From NCBI GenBank assembly GCA_012026655.1, contig JAAILG010001110.1, forward strand, positions 1 through 64,000: a stretch of 64,000 nt of DNA, given 5' to 3'. Shown here piece by piece: positions 39,111 through 51,704 of this stretch (position 1 is the stretch's first letter; each line of letters starts with the position of its first letter). Both the position numbers and the translations under genes were made by a program. The stretch comes from Hydrolagus affinis. Lineage: Eukaryota. The notes below the pieces were generated by a model, which was not told where the DNA came from, made no database searches, and saw only the letters and a list, made by a program, of their open reading frames with translations.

Positions 39111-39354
39111 GTTTTTTGCAACAGTATGGACAAGTGTTTTAATACTGTGGATTAGGTTAAAACGAGCATCCATCTGCTAGACTTGAGAAATTTTATGGTG
39201 ATTTTTTTTTACTATGTGTAGTCTTTCTTTTTTTTAACAAGTCACTGGTTCAGCGCCTTGGGATGTCCTCCCGAGAAAGGTACTCTATAAATGTAATTTT
39301 GTTGTTCATTCTGTAATAGTTTATAATACTAGTAATAGTTTCTGTAATAGTTCT

Positions 39355-39674
39355 GAGCTCCTGTAGCTCAGTGGTTAGAGCAATCACCTTACAAGAGTGA
39401 GATCTGTGTTTGAATCCAGGCAGATCAGCGCAAAACCTTGGGCAAGTTTCCTTACTCCACCCACCTAATAATAATCCCTCCCAAGAAACCCACAATAATA
39501 AAATTGGTCATTTCAATCCACAACTGTTTGTGGGACACTGCTGTGCGCCATTGACTGCTGCATTTTGCCCACAAATATACAGACAATTCACTTTACAGTA
39601 TATTATGTGAGGCACTTTGAGATGTCGATAAAATGTGAAAAGTGCTACATCAAATGCAAGGATTATTATTATTA
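39355..39674 (+). mobile_element. Full-length tRNA/CORE/Deu SINE
   Basis: gagctcctgtagctcagtggttagagc...ccttgggcaagtttcc...caaatgcaagg(ATT)n. Confidence 0.92.
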
Positions 39675-40559
39675 AATACACAGTTACTATACATCATAGT
39701 CTGTGAAGAACTTTGAGATGTGGGGCTATATCAAATACAAAAATTGGTATTATTATTATTATCGTACAAATTTATCACTTCAACCAGTTTTTGTTGCAAT
39801 TAATGTTTTTACAAAACTTGAAAATAGTTTAGTCAAAACTAATTGAATTGGGGTTACTGCTTCCAGATGGGCTGTTCCTGTGCAATTAGCCCATCTGTAA
39901 ACAATGAAAGAAAGATGGATTATATTTTGACCTAAATTGCATTCTTCCAATTCCAAATTATTTCTCCCGATTATATTGAATATTTAAAAAAAACATATTT
40001 TGGATCATTTTTGTCTCTTAATTTATTTGTCCTCAGAGAGGGATCGTTTTAACCTTTAAGTTTGATATAGCACTTTTCACATTGACTTGCAAAGCGCTTC
40101 ACAGAATATACTGCAAAGTTAGATGATTGTGAATTTTGTAGGCATGGCAGCCATTTTGGCAATGCGTCGTAAATAGCCATGGAGTGAATGAACAGTTTTA
40201 TTGGGGGATTTTGGGGATCTCTGGAATGTACTGTAATTGAAAAACTAGTGCCATGGGATCTTTAGAGTCCACCTAAACAGGTAGTCGGGGACTCAGTTTA
40301 ACATCTCATCGAAGGACAGAACTTCCTACAGTGTGGGTTGATGATGTCTTGTCCACTATCAGAATAATTGTTTTGGTGACTTCCCTACAACTATCATATA
40401 CTATATTAGACCAAATCCCAATGAGGAGAAATTCCAGCTTGATCTAGATTCACTTTGTTTGTGTAATACTTCAGGTATCCAGAACTTGGCAAATTCTGAA
40501 ATGTAATCTTCAATTTAAAGTTAGTTTTCAGTAAGATATTTTAACAGCTATAGCAAAAC

Positions 40560-40862
40560 TAACATGGGGGTGGGCGGGGGAGGAGGATGATCAAAGGCAC
40601 TGTCGAAGAGAAGGGTCTTAAGGCAGTTCTTGAAGGAGGCAAAGGAGGGTATGGGGTAGAGGGCCTACATGGAGTTCCAGTGGGTGGGGGCAGGATGGCA
40701 CAAAGCCAATGGTGGGGTGCATGAGATGGGGGTCTTGAAGCAGGCTGGAGCCCGCGAAGCAGATGGAGCGCACAAGTTGTTAGGGGATTAGTAGGTCGCA
40801 GAGGTAGCGGGAAGCAGGGCCATAGGAGGCTTTGAATATGAGGACCAGAATCTTGAAGCATA
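40560..40862 (-). mobile_element. L2 LINE 3' fragment
   Basis: FKILVLIFKASYGPASRYLCDLL. Confidence 0.75.
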
Positions 40863-41829
40863 ACACAATCTCCCTGCAAAGTGCACCATTCAAGAGAATT
40901 GTATCTCTAATACTGTGTAGGGAAGAAATCCCGAAATCTGTCTCCATCTTACCAATGAGATTCACCCCACACCAATTTCAAAATGTTACCTGAGTAATTT
41001 TAGTGCAAGGTTTGGAAACCGGTGGAAAGGTACAAGTTCAATGAGAGCCCTTCAACACAGCTTAGAGTTATTCTCAGACAGACAGCCTAATGAGACAGCT
41101 TCCCATAGCTCAGTGTGTATGCTGTGCAGGGGTTCAGTTCTTGTCCTCACGCTGTCAGAAATCCAAGAGAAAACCTTGCTTGAACTTGCACAATTGATTG
41201 TTGTTACCAACTGATTGACTCCAGTCTCTTGAGCTCCTGCTGAAAGCCAGCAGGCTTTGCTGTGAATACCATACTGTGTTTCTTCTCTGACAGACTTCAG
41301 GTTTCCAGCCTACTTACCCACTCTTTCCTCCCTCTTACTTGCCTTACACCTCCTGAGCGACAGTTTGGCTAAAGCACTCGACATTTCGATTTATGCTACA
41401 AAAATATTTAGTAATTGTAAAGAAATTCAGGGTTTAATCATCTCTTGTAGATCGGCGTCCAATGCTGGGAGTTGTATTTTCCTTTGAGGATTTTATTTAT
41501 ATCAGTGCTTTTTTGGGATTGAATTTGCGAACTTATCATACTGAGGGAATAGGGAATGGCAGACATTTTGATATTGAATCCACTGTTAGCATCCACTGTC
41601 AACTCCCGGGTCAAGGTTAGCACAGTCTAAATGCAGAGCTTTTCAACTCCATTCCTATCATTAAACCAAGTATAATACCGTAATGGGAAGGGTATTCCAT
41701 TAACAACAGAGCCTTTTGACAATGATCCAGATAAAAACTGAAGTTCACTCTGCAATAACAATGTGCTCAATTTCAGAAAGCGTTACACTTCCCATTGCCA
41801 ATCCCCTGCCCCACATCACCATTTCAGTA

Positions 41830-42150
41830 CAGTAAAACCTTAATAATCCATCAGGGTTGGCCCCATTCATCTCCCAGATTTCGGAGTTTGCTGGTATTTA
41901 GAACCTACCCAGAAATGGCTGGGGAAGCCCCGCCCCTTACAACATGTGTTCTGTAAACACAGCCCTGAAACCAAACATTGGCCGAGCTCCACCCACAGTG
42001 CCAGATGACAGTGTGGCCACGCCGGGAACTACAAACAGCTGTTCCGAACCTCGGGAGATTTGCCGACATCGGAAAAAATCTATTACTGTGCTTATTTTGA
42101 AATCTTGCAGGTTTTAGGGAGTTGCCAGCTTTCAGAGTGTTGGATTATTG
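41830..42150 (+). mobile_element. Tigger/pogo-like non-autonomous DNA transposon
   Basis: TA|cagtaaaacct terminus; inverted homolog of 2890-3193. Confidence 0.7.
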
Positions 42151-42304
42151 TTAGATTCAGAAGAAATGGGTGTTGCTTGTGGTGTTTTCTCAATGAAACG
42201 CTCTTCAGTCACCGTGGAGTTTTATGATTTTTATTCAGTACTACATCCCAGTTATAGTACAGGCACAATGCTTGGTAGGTCGACCCGAGAGAGAGTTTAC
42301 AAAT

Positions 42305-42404
42305 NNNNNNNNNNNNNNNNNNNNNNNNNNNNNNNNNNNNNNNNNNNNNNNNNNNNNNNNNNNNNNNNNNNNNNNNNNNNNNNNNNNNNNNNNNNNNNNN
42401 NNNN
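42305..42404. other. Assembly gap (100 N)
   Basis: Run of exactly 100 N; the true intron length is unknown. Confidence 1.
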
Positions 42405-42749
42405 CAACATGCCCATATTAGGAGCGTTATCCAATGGTCACACACAATTGCTATATTTCTACAATACACAATTATCTGGTCACAAACTTCTGATCTGGTC
42501 TAAATCAGTCTAGACTGCCACATAAACACAAACGTGTTGTTACAGAGTCACACACAAAACTGCTACATTCCAACAATTATCGAGATTTTACTGTACAGTA
42601 TTACCATTTTCTACATCAGGCATTGTTGTGACCTTAGTAAGTATTAATTCTAAGCAGAGAATCTCCCAACTCATTCTCAAGAATGACAATTAAAAACAAT
42701 CTATTAACAATGCTGACAAACATTCATTGCAAATTGGTAAGGAATCCCC

Positions 42750-43180
42750 TCAGGCTGACAAAACCCTTGTCCATGCATTCGTCACATCAAGGCTCGGCTA
42801 AGGAAACGTCTTTCCGACTCTTCCCTTCACAAGCTGCAGATCATCCAGAATTCGAAGCTCGTGTCTTCTCCTGCACCAAGCTCCATGACCACTCACTCCC
42901 ACCCTCGCCTGGCTTCATTGGCTCCCCATCCCCCAGCGGATCAAATTCAAATCTTTGTCCTCATTTTCAAGGCCATTCACGGCCTTGCCCACTCCTATCT
43001 CTGTAACTTGCTGTTTCCCTATGAACTTGCCTGCCCACTCCATTCAACCAACTCCTGTCTGCTCCATGTCCTCCGCCCTCCCCCTTATTCAGATTCTGAC
43101 CTGACTGTTCAGTGCCTTGGGACATCCTCCCGATGTGAAAGGTGCTCTATAAATGTAATTTTGCTGTTGTTGTTTTGTTG
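42750..43180 (+). mobile_element. L2 LINE 3' fragment with internal deletions
   Basis: IFKAIHGLAHSYLCNLL and tail gggacatcctcccgatgtgaaaggtgctctataaatgtaa...(TTG)n. Confidence 0.8.
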
Positions 43181-43924
43181 GTACTGATTTCTGTGCAGTT
43201 TTATGCTACGGATTTCTCAAAGAGCAGGATGACTATTCAAAGCTCTCATTACTTGGGTTTTTTACAGCTTTTAATGAAGGAGCCTTCTTTTCATCCCTTC
43301 TTTCAGCTTCCCACAATGATATAACTGTGATTGGGATCTCACTATGCAGAAACAACGAGAAACAATGTCCTACCATTCTGTGCCAATCCCCTTGTTAAAA
43401 AGACATACTGTACTTTGCTGTTAATTTCCATACCAGTGCGTGGTACAAGGACAGATTGGGCAAAGCAAATTGCACCCTGTGTGAGACATGCATCGCACTG
43501 TACTCTTCTAATCTGTTTTGCTTTTAGACAGAGCTCCAGACAGACAGATTTGCATTGCATCTGACATGGCACAAGTCAAAAAGAGCAAAGCTCTGAGGAA
43601 AATGCTCACAATACCGTTTTGAGTTGGCAATGCCATTTGACGGTGTGTGTTGTACACCCATCATTGCATCCCCAGTTTTTATTTATACAAAATTCCCTCA
43701 ACTTTCTGTACCATTATAAACTGTATTTACAGGGTAGGCTTGTGAGTGTTGCCTGTTTTTCTGGTAATTGCTATTTATGTCTACTTCTGTGAAAAGTTGT
43801 TCCAGACTACTTTGTTATAATTTGCAAAAAAAATTGATAAAAATGCATAAAGATAAATTGGATTTATTTGATTTCACACAGATGGTCATTTCAATGTTTG
43901 ACACATTAAAAAATTTGGTTTAAT

Positions 43925-44416
43925 ATATAATAATAATATAATCCATGCATTTGATATAGCGCTTTTCACATCTAATCAATGTCTCAAAACGCTTCAGAGA
44001 ATATACTGTAAAGTGAAACAAAAACAGATGTTGCTGGGAAAACTCAGCAGGTCAGGCGGCATCTATGGAGAAAGGAAAGTGAGTCAACGTTTTGGGTCCA
44101 CGACCCTTCATCAGAACTGGGGCATGTTGGGAGGGAGAGGTTTTTTAGGACGTTAGAGAGGGGGAGGCAGAACAAGGAAGACAAAAGAGACAAAGAAGAC
44201 AGAAAAAGAAGACAAAGGAGAAAATGTGCCCTACATGAAGAGTTGATGAAGAGTTGTGGACCCAAAACGTTGACTCATTTTCCTTTCTTCATGGATGCTG
44301 CCTGACCTGCTGAGTTTTCGCAGCAACTTCTGTTTTTGTTTCAGATTTCCAGCATCTGTAGTATTTTGTGTTTTGATACTGTAAAGTGAGTTGACTGTAT
44401 TTTTGTGGGCAAAACG
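43925..44416 (-). mobile_element. SINE 3' portion interrupted by the fold-back element
   Basis: The family consensus agaatatactgtaaagtgaattgactgtatatttgtgggc is split at atactgtaaagtga. Confidence 0.85.
44017..44375. mobile_element. Fold-back Penelope-like (PLE) remnant with minimal hammerhead-like motifs
   Basis: About 99-bp inverted arms (44015-44113 / 44244-44342, 8 mismatches by my count), a 33-nt unpaired 3' extension and a 14-bp direct repeat atactgtaaagtga. The - strand reads ctgatga-a-gggtc-gtg-gaccc-aaaacgtt. Confidence 0.7.
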
Positions 44417-46102
44417 TTTTAACACTGTGATGCGCATTAATTCACTCATCTAAGTATGCTCACCATGTACTAGTCATTGATGGCTTGACTTGACTTGTTT
44501 TGACTTGATTTTTATATAGATGATTGACCCATGCCAGCCTTGAGATTCTGAGTTTTGTCAACTGATTATTTAATATGGGGGGCATTGTATCCAAGCCTGA
44601 TCTTGTCATCACATAACGCATGCAACTTCAACAGAGATCTTTACAGCTGTAGTATTCCTAACCAAGTCTCTCTAACCTTGGGCACTGAGGCTAATCGTAG
44701 CACTCTGGCGAAACCACTCAGATAAGTTAAATATAAATATAATTGAGAGTGCTTGCAATTGATATGCATGTATAACTTCAAATATTTCAAAGCACTTCAT
44801 AGGTAATTAGAAATCTGAAACACAGTAGGATGCAATTTGACCCATTGTATTTGTCGATGTTTGCTTCTCCTTCAAAGCCATCCATCCTAATCCCAATTCC
44901 CTACTCTTTCTCCATACCCTCTAATACCCTTCCTTCACATGCACTTATCTAATTTCCTTTTAAATGCCCATATTTGACTGCTCTAACAGCCATCCTGGAA
45001 AATCCTTCTCATATTCTGTAACCCTCTGGGAGAACAAAATCTTTCTAACTTCTCCTTTCATACCCACAGTTATAATTTTAATGCCTTCTTCTCCTCACAT
45101 CACCTACTAGTAAAAATAATTCCTCGTCACTTATCCTCTCAGACTTGTCCAGCTTCTCAGCATAGCTTTATCCTCTCCACTTCATGAATCGTCAAGAATC
45201 TATGCTGCATTTCACTCCGTTTTTATGTCCTATCTCTTGTGTGACACCCAAAACTGCATCGAAGATTCCAACTGTTACCTAATCATTGTTCATTTATCAC
45301 TCCCTTACTTTTGATTCAGTGGCTATATAAGTACACCTTTTCCATCTGAAAACCCCAATTACAGTCAAATATTTGTAGATTTGACAGCTATTTTGCACAC
45401 AGCAGGGTCCCACAAACAGCCATGAAATCAATGGTCAATTTACCTATCTAGATGATTGTCAGCAGGACACTGGGAGAAACTCGCTTTTCATTTTGAATTG
45501 TGTTTTGGAACATTGAACAGGCAGTTCCACTTGAATAGGCAGACTGCACTTTTATTTATATTATTCTGAGGATGGCATCTCCCAATAATGGAGTGTTAGC
45601 CTAGACTAACATGGGGTTTGACCCTACAACGTTTGACTCAGAGGCGAGGCTGCTACTACCAAATCATTACCAGTGACAACCAGCTATTTACAGTAGTAGG
45701 AAATTCTACTGAAGCGATTGGGGAGCCAATCTTTTGAATTTTTTAACATATATTTTAGGGTTACTATTACAGTAATTAATTTATCATGATGTTTGTCGGT
45801 TTACTGCTGTAATATTAGCAGAGGTTTTTCATGATTACATTACAACACGTGGAAATGCTAACACTTATGGAAACTGGAGTAGACAAAGCGTAAGGGCCCA
45901 GTGTATCTAAATTCTTACACGCAGGTAATATTATATTCTTACATGAGGCTGAAAACAAGAGGCAGTTTGGGAAATTATGGGATCCAATATGCAGTATTCT
46001 TAATAAGGAATCTCATTAGAGTTTTATCATCTAGAAGGTATTGTACTCCAGAAGTCATATGTGGGTGAAGTTCCAAAGATTTATGCATCACGGAAACAGC
46101 TC

Positions 46103-46227
46103 ACTCGCCCACATATATACAGTCAATTCACTTTAAAGTATATTCTGTGAAGTGCTTTGAGATGTCTAGAAGATGTGAAAAGCCCTATATCAAATGCAAG
46201 GATTATTAGTATTAGTATTATTATTAC
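46103..46227 (+). mobile_element. SINE 3' end
   Basis: cgcccacatatatacagtcaattcactt...caaatgcaaggattatt. Confidence 0.85.
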
Positions 46228-47457
46228 TCAACCCAATCAGTCTGTGCCAGTGTTTATACACCACACGAGTCTCCACCATCTCCTTACTCCCTGCCACACT
46301 CTTCCATTTCACTTTTCCATGGACCGAAAACGCTGTCTGCTCTGCAAACTGACCTCGCCACTGCACACAACCTGCCCTCCTCTGGTGCTGAGTGTGAAGG
46401 TGAGCAGGTGTTAAAGGTAGTCCTCAGCTCCGAACTAAGTCCTTGGACATTGATATTATGCAATTCCAGTTTCTGGAAGGAGCACCTTTATTCCTGATTC
46501 CTCATTAAACCATTGTCTTGAGAAATACCACAAATTAGACTTTACAGTCGCATATTCCGTGAATTCTTTAAAAGTTTGACCTTGCCTGCTGTCAGAGAGG
46601 TGGAGAGAAAGGTATTGCAATGACTAAAACTGATGAGGCATGAAGGATGTGTGCACTTAAACTGAACTAAAAATGTAACAGAGAAGAAAAACACAGCAAC
46701 AATCTTTCTTTCATCAGAACATTGCAAGCTGGCTGCTACATGAGGTCATTGCCAGAAGCCATATAGCACTTTTATGTTTTAATGGAAAAGCTTTCACATT
46801 ACTGGACTCTATGATGGGAATGAGGTTGGAAGGTTCTGTAGGCCATACATAAGCTTTAGGCTGTTCATCCATTTGAGACATGTAAGTGACAGTTGAAGCC
46901 AGTTAAACAGAATTATGGGATAACGGGATCTGAAGTAGATGGATTGTCTGTGAGGGGAGGAGTGGGCATTGGTGTATGCATGATCAGGAATTTCTTTAAT
47001 GGAGTCATGACACCAAGGTTATAATGGCGCAGGTAAACACAGTTATAGCAAGTGGCGATCTCTAAATGGCAAAGTGAACTGTGACAGTGGAACACGCTGC
47101 ACTCTTTATCATGAATGACAAAACAGTTTGATCATGCGGTGTTCCAGAGTTTGCTATCATTGTGTGATATTACACAAACATTAATTTACATTCCCTTTAT
47201 GAAACACATTCACTACTCCGTTATCAAGGCAGTCTTCTTGTGTTATTCTAAACTGGGCTTAGAGGACTAGCTTAGATATATTTTGAAGCAAAGTGCACTT
47301 AAGAGCAAGCAGTGAAGTGGGATCATATAAGATATCAAAGCACCGGTATGTTGAGCTGAACAACCCCTGTTTGTAATGATCTTTGTAACAAGATAACAAG
47401 ACAAATTCTCAGCACACTTTTGTTCATGGCATAAAAATATTCACAATATTCCTTGTA

Positions 47458-47998
47458 CAGTGGAAGCTCCTGTAATCAGACTGCGGTTATCCTTGAGCTC
47501 CAGTAAATTGGATAAAACACTCCATCCGGATTCATTTGTGTTCTTACCCATTTTAAATATGCTTATTAACTAACACAATAATCTGGTTAATAATCCAGAT
47601 AAAATGCCACGCTGGTCACCACTGAAAATACACACTTGTGCCATCTTGAATGGCTCCAATCAACCTCGAGCAGCCCCAGGATAGATGGGAGGAGACACAG
47701 CGCGATTGATTGACAGCAGACTCCAGCCCTTCTCAAGCAGCTGGGGTTGGGCTGTCAATCAGTGAGGGGTGGAGGAACAGGGAAGAAACAAGGGAGAGAA
47801 TGGGAGGAGTCAATTCATGATTGATTGACAGCTGGAGAAACTTGGGGGTGGCCGGGGCCCATCTATTCACAAACGGCTCCAAGGCTGTCAATCACCTCGG
47901 AGCCGCTGTTAATTAATCAACTTCCCATCCAATCGAAACGACAACAGGAGGGAGAAGGCAGTGCCACCACCGTTCCTCTCCTTAATCAGCTTCCACTG
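47458..47998 (+). mobile_element. Tigger-like non-autonomous DNA transposon, 541 bp
   Basis: TA|cagtggaagct ... agcttccactg|TA; homolog at 13338-14080. Confidence 0.8.
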
Positions 47999-49609
47999 TA
48001 TTTGACATGCACCTAGACTGTCAACTATGACATCTCACAGGACAGCTGTGGTGTTCTGTGACTATTTGTGAGCAAATATGGCCAATTTGTAGCAGTATTC
48101 CACAAACAACTATGAAGTGACCGAGCAATTTGTATGATCATTTGAATAGTGACTTGGGATCTTTAATGTCCACTGAACGGATGGGCAGGACCTCAGTTTG
48201 GTATCTCATCTGCAGGTTAACACCTCAAATAATGCTCTGCTAGTCCTCCACAAGTCAAAGCAGTGTGAGGCAGCAATAAACAATGGAACTAGGATGATAT
48301 TTCTGAATCAGTTGAGTTCGGATCCCTAGACAGTATACTCAAGATGTGTGGTGCTCTAGCCATGCTGCACCTGGAGTACTGCTTAAACTTCTGTTTGTAG
48401 TAACATAAGGAGTTGACCAGGACAGAGAAGAGCAATAAGAATGATCCGTGTCCAAAAGGAATAATCTATGATCAAATATGAGACAAGCTAGGGAGGACTC
48501 TTCAGTCTTAGACTGGTGGAGGGGAACTTATGGAGATGTATACGATTTTAAATGGGACACTTTCAGATGCACTGAGTCAGCAGAACGAGGATGCAGGTTG
48601 AGGCTTGCAAAGATCATTTCCAAAGCAGACACCAGGAAGTATTTCTTTACCTACTAAAAGCCCTTTGTGGCACAAACTGAAGACAGCAACAGCAGATTTG
48701 ACTGTTATATCCCATATGTTCCATTAGCCATGACACTCACAGTCTAAGCTCGGGCAAGAAGAATGACTGATTGGGATAATCTGATATGTTTCTTGTTCAA
48801 GTGGATGAAAAATGAATTATCCTTGTCCTGTATTTCTGGGCTGGTCAGGATAAATGATCAATATTTTATGGAATAATGTGAAAGTGAGATTAATTGATAA
48901 CTGCGTGACCTTTCAAAGTCAAACACAGCTCTTACATAATTCATACTAAATAATGAGGTAATTTAGAATATGTATTAGAAGTTACTTTTTCAGTTCACTG
49001 GAAAACCCTTTGGAAACTGATTTATTTTTTAACAAAATTAGCAATTAAAAATGTTTTCCCTTTCATTATTTATAGCATTTTAGAGAACAAATTACATATA
49101 ATGTGCTCTGTATATTATCTTCTGACATTTAATTATGGAAATAATAGATGTGTCAAATTAATTGCCATCTCTATATATTTTTTAATATTTTATTGTCTGC
49201 CGCAAGTCACTGTGCCGTGCATGTGAAGTCATTCCTGACAGGGTAACATGCCTATGAAGATAGATTTTCATCATTCAATTAGAAGATGGAAGGCTAGCAA
49301 ATACTTGTCGGTATTACCCATTATCTTGTTCAAAATTGCTGTTACATTAAGTATTCTGAAATCTATGACAAAAACAGTTCCTTTTTGGAATCAACCCATT
49401 TTACATTGTAGTGAAACCTAGCAAATTCACAAGTATTAGAGCTCCAACATACAAACTGTGCAGTCACACACTGCGGCTGTTTGTGGGACATTATCTGGTG
49501 CAAATTGGCTGCCATGTTTGCCTAAAGTCACAACACTTTACAATAGAATCCTGTGAAGCGGTGTTGTTGATTTGATAAGGCTCTGTATCAAATGCAAGTA
49601 TAATTATTA

Positions 49610-49820
49610 CAGTACTAAGTCAAATTGCGGGAGAAAATCTTCATGGAAGTTTCCTTAAAACCATTGTTTCAAATGTTTAAATCGTGCAGAATTTTGGAAA
49701 ATTCTCAAATTGGAAGTTCAGAAGTAAAGAAACCACTTCCAACTAAACATTCAATTTAAGAATTTTCAAAATTCTGCATGATCATAAATTTTCCGACAGT
49801 GGTCCAAAGGCTAAGTACTG
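49610..49820. mobile_element. Palindromic TA-flanked MITE
   Basis: TA|cagtactaag ... ctaagtactg|TA, with inner inverted arms at 49681-49712 and 49752-49782. Confidence 0.6.
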
Positions 49821-51641
49821 TATTCATTGTTTTGTTTGAATGTGGTAATAATTATAATCCTTATATTTGGTGCAGCCCTTTTCCTGTCAGTGGGACGTCC
49901 CAAAGCAGATTATAAAATACATTGTAAACTAACAGCCTTTCAAATATTAACAATAATTAAAATAGAAAATGTGTGAAATGCACAGCAGGCTGACCAGAAC
50001 CTTCATCAGAACCTTCTGATTATTCTGTGGTTGCTCAGTAAAAACTTTGTTTTATCTCTCAGGATTTCAACTTGCCTGACCTTTTGATCACAAGTGCTCT
50101 TGAGTGCCCTCATGAACACTTTGTGATGTTCTGTTTTGTGAAGGGGCCTATCAAAGTCTACATTGTTGTTTAATGTTTACCAATGCTCCTCCTTTTTCTT
50201 TTCTTCCTATTCTTATTGTCTTCCCTGTTCTCTCTCTCCAAATTTTACATCTAAAACAATCCACGGTATTATTTACTTGAGTGTCAGCTTTTGGTATGCC
50301 TCTAATGTAGTATATTCTGTAAAGCACTTTGAGACACCTAGAAGACCTGAAAAGTGCTATAACAAATGCAAGGATTTTTATTATTATTATCATAATGTAC
50401 ACTTCTATAGTAAAACAAATTGATGGCCATCTTCACATGTGTAGCTTTTTGGATCACAAATAGAAAAGATGCTCCCTTTGGCATAAGTTATGTTTAGTGT
50501 AAAGCAGCTGTAATCTTGTGGTCAAACTATTGTATGTTTTTTAATTAGATTGTTGAGGAATTCCAAATCAACTTGAAATTGCACTAATTTCTCACTAAAA
50601 GACCCCTGGAGTAAAACATTCAAGATTACCTCAGACAACCACACTTTTTGAGAATTATTTTGAGTGTGGTTTGCATTGCTATTTCCTAACTATAAGAGTT
50701 TTTATACATCTGATTCTTTGATTTACCAAATGTTGCAAATGATTTAAATCAGAATCATATTACTGTGTGTTTTTAAATTTGGAAATGGATACAATGAAGG
50801 ATTTTTTTGTGAAATTGGAATAACAGTTAGATGGACTCATTCTTGCTCTGCTATGATAACCTCTACTGATTCCAAAACATTTTCCACAATAAAAGCAACT
50901 AAATCTGTGGACAAATATTATGAAATTGTTGCATTTGGTCATCTCAAAATTGTTGAATATTGTTAGCTTTTTCATTAAAGAATTTGATCAGAACCAAACT
51001 ACAATAGTTCAAACTGAGTGTCAGTGTTCAGACACTTTTGAACACATTGGGGTGTATTATGCAATTTGTGTTAACTAAATATAAATGTTTAATTCCCCAA
51101 TTACAGGTTTGCATTTGCACATTGCTTACTTAACTTGCTTAATCGCCATACTTGGTTTGCACAATCTGCTTAATAGACCTTATTGTCTCATTTCATAAAC
51201 ACCTGTAGACATAACTGACAATAGTTTTTTTTGCGTATTTTCACAGATCAGATCCTTTGGGGCTAATAGTAACCTGATAGTTTTCAATTCTCATTTGTTT
51301 CTGTAACGCAATTCATTTTGTTTTTAATTATGATACATAAAGTATGGGGTATAATTCCTCTTCTATGAGGTCATGTATAGTTTAAGAAATATTTTAGTGC
51401 AAATAATCAAAGTTTGTTTTTGATATAATTGTCCGCGTGGTACTTCACTTCCAATCTGGAAGCAAATGCTGATGCCTTGGTCTGCCCAGTTTTAGTATTG
51501 CAGGAATTGCAACAATTGGTTAAATAGTAATGTTGAGAACTGAGCCACTGAATGCTAAGGAAATTGCACAATAAAGCGTACTGATTCTGCTGCATTATTA
51601 AATAGTTTGTAAAATTGTTTCTTCTCTCTCCCCTGACTTAG

Positions 51642-51704
51642 CACACTGATTTATGTCAGTACATGGATAAACACCCAGGAGGACTCCACCCAGACAATGT
51701 GAAG
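51642..51704 (+). CDS. CDK14: CDK14 internal coding exon: HTDLCQYMDKHPGGLHPDNVK
   Basis: Acceptor cttctctctcccctgacttAG and donor AAG|GTAAGA. 63 nt, phase 0 to 0. Continues the recalled CDK14 sequence; the next exon (LFLFQLLRGL...HRDLKPQN) was not found before 64000. Confidence 0.96.

Noticed and set aside
42148-42513. ORFs spanning the N run
   Set aside because: Artefacts of the 100-N gap.
46625-46660. Isolated ctgatga motif (also near 14968 and 59360)
   Set aside because: No stem II or GAAA follows, so these are not hammerheads.
5195-51704. Alternative identity as CDK15 or CDK16-18
   Set aside because: PFTAIRE excludes the PCTAIRE kinases. [20 protein letters not shown] and IRLQEEEGT fit CDK14 rather than CDK15 as I recall them.
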